Origin: an uncultured virus (IMG/VR IMGVR_UViG_3300028800_000079)
Taxonomy: Duplodnaviria > Heunggongvirae > Uroviricota > Caudoviricetes
Length of the DNA stretch: 20,000 nucleotides
Reading direction: 5' to 3' (one strand)
IMG/VR virus record: IMGVR_UViG_3300028800_000079
A program made the translations under genes and the position numbers. This document shows, piece by piece, positions 16,029-20,000 of the stretch (position 1 is its first letter; the number at the start of each line of letters is the position of its first letter). The notes below the pieces were generated by a model. The model was not told the DNA's origin and searched no databases. It was given only the letters and a program-made list of their open reading frames with translations.

Positions 16029-16204
16029 GCCAGTCACGGATGGTTGGCGGCCGGTTCGACCCGAAGCCGTGCCCTGTCTGTTACGCCCCGATGCGGGCTG
16101 TCGGGGACGGGTACGAGTGCGAACGGCACGGGAAACCAGCCGCCCAGCCCGCGAAAGCATCGGAACCCGTTTCACGCGGGCGTGACGGAACTTCCCGCAC
16201 GTAG
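16025..16204 (+). CDS. Small zinc-ribbon protein (59 aa; not in ORF track)
   Basis: GTGA overlap; CPVC...YECERH motif. Confidence 0.6.
   Translation: MSQSRMVGGRFDPKPCPVCYAPMRAVGDGYECERHGKPAAQPAKASEPVSRGRDGTSRT
16172..16185. promoter_or_regulatory. Palindromic motif copy 5 (TCACGCGGGCGTGA)
   Basis: Perfect 6-2-6 palindrome upstream of the replication-gene promoter; flank shared with copy 1. Confidence 0.7.
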
Positions 16205-16277
16205 CGCACTTTTCGGGTAGCCGACCCTTCCAGCGTGTCCCTCGCGGTGCGGTAGAATCGCGACCATGTAGGAGCCT

Positions 16278-16323
16278 AGAAACGACAACGGCCGCCCCAC
16301 CCGCAAGGAAGGCGACCGTTGTC
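16278..16323 (-). terminator. Intrinsic terminator-like hairpin on the minus strand (possible antisense RNA 3' end)
   Basis: Minus strand GACAACGGTCGCC-loop-GGCGGCCGTTGTC, a 13-bp stem whose one irregular pair is G-U only in this orientation, followed by GTTTCT. Confidence 0.55.
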
Positions 16324-16395
16324 TAAACAACATGAGGTGATGGGTGTGAGTGTACCTGACGGTGCGGCGGTCAAACCTCCCGAACGGCGCGCGGT

Positions 16396-17322
16396 ATGAG
16401 CGTCAAGGTGATGTCGGAGGTGTTCGCCCACTCCGAAGCAGAGCACGCTGCACGCCTCGTCCTCATCGTGCTGGCCGACAGAGCCTCCGATGACGGCATA
16501 GCGTGGCCAGACCAGGATGAGATCGCAGCGAAGGCGAAGGTGAGCAAGTCAGCGCTGCGAACAGCCCTCCGCTGGCTAGAGGACCACGGTGAGATCGAGA
16601 CGAGACAGGCGCAGCGAGGGCGGAAACGGATCAACGTCCACCGCATCATCGTCGGCGCGATCATCGAGCACGAGCCGAACTACGACCGGCTCCCCTTCGA
16701 CATCAACAATCCGTTCGGACGACCGCCAGAATCTGGCGCTGGTGAAGCGACGGACGACCGCCAGAATCTGCGCGGACGACCGCCAGAATCTGGCGCTTTT
16801 GAGCAGCCCTGTCCTTCTATAGGTCTTGAACCATCAGAGAATCACCAGTTAGATATCTCTGCCCCTCCTAAGATTCTCGCTTCCGAGAACGGAAAAAACG
16901 ATGCGCTCGACGCGCTCGCGGAAGTATGCGACATCAAGCCGCACTCCCGCCGCCTCGTCCAAGCGGTCGTCGCACTCAACGGGCGCAAGGCACATCCGGA
17001 CGAGGGCATCCGGTGGCTCTACTGGCAGGAACTTCTCGACTGGGCGACGACGCCCGAACGCGAGGCGAAGCTCCGAGAACTTCACACCGACCCGACACAG
17101 TTCGCGGCGTATCTCGCCAGGGCGATCCGGCAGCGCGGCGAGGAGGCGAAGCGCAGGTTCCCGGATGTGACGTTCGGGCCGCAGAAGTTCCGGGACTGGT
17201 TCGTGGACCTCGCGGTGGACGAGACGCAGGATCGCCCGCAGGAGCCTGTCTACTCGAAGTTCGGGGTGCGGCTCTACCAGGCCGGGGAGGATGACGGATT
17301 CTCGTGGGACGACGCGGCGTGA
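16396..17322 (+). CDS. Phage replication initiator (N-terminal winged HTH, lambda O-like organisation)
   Basis: MSVKVMSEVFAHS...ARLVLIVLADRASDDGIAWPDQDEIAAKAKVSKSALRTALRWLEDHGEI; internal iterons; directly upstream of DnaB. Confidence 0.85.
   Translation: MSVKVMSEVFAHSEAEHAARLVLIVLADRASDDGIAWPDQDEIAAKAKVSKSALRTALRWLEDHGEIETRQAQRGRKRINVHRIIVGAIIEHEPNYDRLPFDINNPFGRPPESGAGEATDDRQNLRGRPPESGAFEQPCPSIGLEPSENHQLDISAPPKILASENGKNDALDALAEVCDIKPHSRRLVQAVVALNGRKAHPDEGIRWLYWQELLDWATTPEREAKLRELHTDPTQFAAYLARAIRQRGEEAKRRFPDVTFGPQKFRDWFVDLAVDETQDRPQEPVYSKFGVRLYQAGEDDGFSWDDAA
16716..16792 (+). repeat. Three identical 20-bp iterons CGGACGACCGCCAGAATCTG (probable replication origin)
   Basis: Copies at 16716-16735, 16751-16770 and 16773-16792, followed by an AT-richer tract at about 16797-16900. 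Confidence 0.85.
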
Positions 17323-18677
17323 GCGCCGCCCCCGTCCCCGCACCATCGGGCGACATCCCCCCGCAAAACCTTGACGGTGAGGCGTCGGTGCTCGGCTGCA
17401 TGTTGCTCGCGAAAGGCGCAATCGGTGCGGTAGCGGAAGTCCTCGACGCCACAGACTTTTACCTCGACTCGAACGCGCGCATCTACCGGGCCATCCTCGA
17501 CCTCGACATCGCCGGGGGGCCGGTGGACGCGGTGACGGTCGTGGCGGAACTCGACCGGCGCGGCCAGCTCGAACAGGTCGGCGGCCGGACGCGCGTGTTC
17601 ACGCTCGCCCGGCTCGTCCCGCCCGTCTCGAACGCCCGCCACTACGCGGAACTCGTCCGAGAGGCAGCAACCCGTCGCGGTCTGATCCAGGCTGGGGGTG
17701 AGATCGCGCAGCTCGGCTGGGAGGGCGAAGGCGAGATCGCGGAACTCCTGGACGGGGCGGAGCAGCGCGTGTTCGAGATCGGGCAGCGCCGCGACAGCCG
17801 CGAAACGCCGCTCGTCGGCGACCGTCTGGACGAGACGTGGCAGCGCCTCCAGGCACTCTCCGCCCACGGCGGAGGCATGAGCGGTGTCCCGTCCGGGTTC
17901 CGCGACCTCGACCGGCTCACGTCCGGGTTCCAGCCCGAGAACCTGATCATCCTCGCAGGGCGTCCTTCGATGGGCAAGACGAGCTGCTGCTTGACGGTCG
18001 CCGCGCATGTCGCGCTCCGCCAACAGCGCCCCGTCGCGTTGTTTTCGCTGGAGATGAGTCACAGCGAGATTCAGGCCCGGTTGTGGTCGATGGAGGCAAT
18101 GGTGGACGGCCTGAAGTTCCGGTCGGGTGCGCTCACCGTGGAGGACTGGGGGAGGCTCAACAACGTGTCGCAGTCGCTCCGCGACGCCCCGATCCTAGTG
18201 GAGGACGCTGCGGCGCAGACGATGCTGGAGATTCGCGCGAAAGCACGGCGGGTCGCCGCGAAACACCCGGACTTGGCACTCGTGATCGTGGACTACATTC
18301 AGTTGATCGCGTCGCACGGCCGCCAGGAGAACCGCAACCTCGAAGTCGCCGCGTACAGTCGAGCCCTGAAAGTCCTCGCCCGCGAACTCGGGGTGCCAGT
18401 GCTGGCGTTGTCACAGCTTTCCCGTGACGTGGAGAAACGCCACGACAAGCGCCCGATGCTCTCCGACCTGCGCGACTCGGGCTCGCTGGAGCAGGACGCC
18501 GACCTCGTCATGTTCCTCTACCGGGACGAGTACTACAACGCCGAGGACGCCATGATCGACGGGACGGCGGGGGTGTGCGAAGTGAACTTGGCGAAGCAGC
18601 GGAACGGCCCGACCGGGACGATCAAGCTGCACTTCGAGGAACGCTACGCCCGCTTCGGCGACATGACGTACCAGTGA
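17319..18677 (+). CDS. dnaB: Replicative DNA helicase
   Basis: PPQNLDGEASVLG N-domain; Walker A GRPSMGKT; VIVDYIQL; LSQLSR; SDLRDSGSLEQDAD; AKQRNGPTG. GTGA overlap start at 17319. Confidence 0.97.
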   Translation: MSAAPVPAPSGDIPPQNLDGEASVLGCMLLAKGAIGAVAEVLDATDFYLDSNARIYRAILDLDIAGGPVDAVTVVAELDRRGQLEQVGGRTRVFTLARLVPPVSNARHYAELVREAATRRGLIQAGGEIAQLGWEGEGEIAELLDGAEQRVFEIGQRRDSRETPLVGDRLDETWQRLQALSAHGGGMSGVPSGFRDLDRLTSGFQPENLIILAGRPSMGKTSCCLTVAAHVALRQQRPVALFSLEMSHSEIQARLWSMEAMVDGLKFRSGALTVEDWGRLNNVSQSLRDAPILVEDAAAQTMLEIRAKARRVAAKHPDLALVIVDYIQLIASHGRQENRNLEVAAYSRALKVLARELGVPVLALSQLSRDVEKRHDKRPMLSDLRDSGSLEQDADLVMFLYRDEYYNAEDAMIDGTAGVCEVNLAKQRNGPTGTIKLHFEERYARFGDMTYQ

Positions 18678-19135
18678 CCGCGACGCTTCCGGACCTGATC
18701 GGGCAACTCGCCCGGAACTGGCCGCACCAGGAACTCGACCGCGTCCAGTACGAGAGGGAACTAGCCGACTGCCCGCTGGACGCTCTCGCTGCGGCGGTGC
18801 GGGTGCTGCTCAGGGTGCCTCGGGAGTGGCGTCCGGGGATAGGGGACGTGCGCGCCGCCGTCGCGGAGAAACTGCTCGCGCTCCCGTCCGAGCGGGATGC
18901 GGCCCGCCAGGTGGACGCCCGCATCGCGTGGGCACGCGACAGGCAGGGCGATCCTCCGCCTGTCCATGCGCTCGTCCGCGAAGCCGTCGCCCATGTCGGC
19001 GGCTGGCACTCGATCCGTGCCGCCGACCGGCCCGAAGTCGTACGCGGCCAGCTACTCCGCTTCTACCGCGACGCCCGCCAAGCCGAGATCCGGGAGACGG
19101 CCGCGCAGGACATGGACGCCATCACGCCCGCGTGA
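18674..19135 (+). CDS. Helicase loader/inhibitor (SPP1 G39P-like)
   Basis: YERELADCPLDALAAAVRVLL...WRPGIGDVR...LVREAVAHVGGWHSIR...RGQLLRFY pattern; directly follows DnaB. Confidence 0.65.
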   Translation: MTATLPDLIGQLARNWPHQELDRVQYERELADCPLDALAAAVRVLLRVPREWRPGIGDVRAAVAEKLLALPSERDAARQVDARIAWARDRQGDPPPVHALVREAVAHVGGWHSIRAADRPEVVRGQLLRFYRDARQAEIRETAAQDMDAITPA

Positions 19136-19172
19136 CAAACCGCTTGACTTCGTATAGCTAGCGTGCTAGATT
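19122..19172 (+). promoter_or_regulatory. Palindrome copy 6 (TCACGCCCGCGTGA, 19122-19135) and sigmaA promoter
   Basis: TTGACT (19144-19149)-17 bp-TAGATT (19167-19172) with extended TG; CGTATAGC box in the spacer; SD AAGGAGG before ATG 19205. Confidence 0.8.
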
Positions 19173-19204
19173 GGGGTTGTCAAGGAACCCCAAGGAGGCA
19201 CGAG

Positions 19205-19594
19205 ATGCAGCCCAAGTTGAACCCCGACCGTCACCCGCAGACCAATGGTGGCCGCATGGTCAAGCGCGGCTACACCTACGACATCGAGTGCGCAAAGACG
19301 ACGCACCGCCTGCGGCTCGCGCAGTCCATCCTCACAGGCATGGGCGTCACGGCGACGCTGCCCGAGCACGACGACAAGTGCATACTCTCGCCCGCGCAGA
19401 AGTTCAACCGCTGCTTCGGCTACAGCTACAACTGCACCTGCGGAGTTGGCGTCGATCCCGCCCCAACGTGGCCCGAGTGGACGACGGGCGAGATGTTCGA
19501 CCTCGCCTACAGGCTCGCGGACGAGGTACAGACTGAGCGTGGCGCGCACAACCAGCGCGATGCGCAGGCCGCGAAGCGCGCGCGGGTAGCGTGA
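19205..19594 (+). CDS. Hypothetical protein with Cys/His cluster
   Basis: Strong SD; HDDKC...C...CTCG; high GC3. Confidence 0.75.
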   Translation: MQPKLNPDRHPQTNGGRMVKRGYTYDIECAKTTHRLRLAQSILTGMGVTATLPEHDDKCILSPAQKFNRCFGYSYNCTCGVGVDPAPTWPEWTTGEMFDLAYRLADEVQTERGAHNQRDAQAAKRARVA

Positions 19595-19797
19595 CGGCGA
19601 GGCGCGGCATCTGCAACACCTGCGGGAAGGAGCTTAGACTCCTTCCCAACGGCACCATGAAGGTGCATCCCGATCCCTTTCGGAAAGGCTACTCCTGTAA
19701 AGGATCGCGGGTAGCACCGGAAACCGAGATTCAGCGGCGGTGCGGGTCCTTGACAGTCCTGCCTCCTGCTGCTGACTATGGGGACGCCCGCGTCTAA
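19591..19797 (+). CDS. Small Zn-binding phage protein
   Basis: GTGA overlap; CNTCGK...H...CKGS pattern. Confidence 0.65.
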   Translation: MTARRGICNTCGKELRLLPNGTMKVHPDPFRKGYSCKGSRVAPETEIQRRCGSLTVLPPAADYGDARV

Positions 19798-19859
19798 AGG
19801 GGCCGCGCGGCGTCCCCCGCATAGCTATAACCCGTATAGCGTGCTATCGTTCCGGCTAT

Positions 19860-20000
19860 ATGCCAGAACTAGTCCAACTGTTTGTGAGGCTCGAATCCGC
19901 GACGACGGGGGAACGGTTCGCGCCTATCGGGTTGCGGGAGGCGATCGTCGCGAACGCGATCCGGCTGGACGCGAACCTGAACGACACCGCCGTGCAAGAG
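19860..20000 (+). CDS. Partial gene, possibly an Arc/ribbon-helix-helix-like regulator
   Basis: MPELVQLFVRL...GLREAIVANAIRLDANLNDTAVQE (open to window end) resembles the RHH strand-helix-helix pattern; extended -10 TGcTATCGT 9 nt upstream. Confidence 0.5.
   Translation, partial: MPELVQLFVRLESATTGERFAPIGLREAIVANAIRLDANLNDTAVQE

Noticed and set aside
16169..16185. parS, CRP or SOS-box identity for the palindrome
   Set aside because: parS has no 6-bp spacer, CRP has the opposite half-site order, and the actinobacterial SOS box is GAAC-N4-GTTC.
16716..16792. CRISPR-like repeats
   Set aside because: Only three 20-mers with 15- and 2-bp gaps, inside a coding gene; these fit iterons.
17319..18677. 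Intein in DnaB
   Set aside because: Normal length (~452 aa) with contiguous helicase motifs.
1..20000. tRNA genes, integrase or att site
   Set aside because: No cloverleaf or recombinase motifs recognised by eye; a tRNAscan-SE/ARAGORN run would be needed to exclude tRNAs formally.

Overview
High-GC window from a temperate, long-tailed (siphovirus-like) actinobacterial phage or prophage. A Thermoleophilia/Gaiellales-like host is my inference only. From left to right it holds: a 3'-truncated T4 Rnl1-type RNA ligase on the minus strand (missing from the ORF track); a tail module (tail terminator-like gene, inserted HNH/EndoVII nuclease, HK97-gp10-like gene, tail assembly chaperone with probable -1 frameshift, 1282-aa tape measure, Dit-like, hub-like and fibre-like genes); a moron-like secreted repeat protein with a stand-alone paralog; small membrane proteins (one holin-like); a leftward XRE regulator and a free-standing secreted Rpf-like transglycosylase; then a rightward early/replication region (HNH, ERF recombinase, DNA-binding protein, HTH initiator with internal iterons, DnaB, G39P-like loader, small Zn-binding proteins, partial RHH-like regulator). 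The most notable observations are: (1) an HNH gene that appears to have captured the first 19 codons of the ERF gene and supplied a recoded replacement start; (2) a 14-bp palindrome TCACGCnnGCGTGA at six gene boundaries; (3) a second box, CGYATAGC, in or beside several promoter spacers; (4) the secreted Rpf-like enzyme with an insertion before its putative catalytic Glu; (5) a domain present three times across a secreted protein and its cytoplasmic neighbour; (6) a start-stop plus antisense-RNA arrangement upstream of the replication initiator. All family calls come from motif recognition by eye; no database searches were run.
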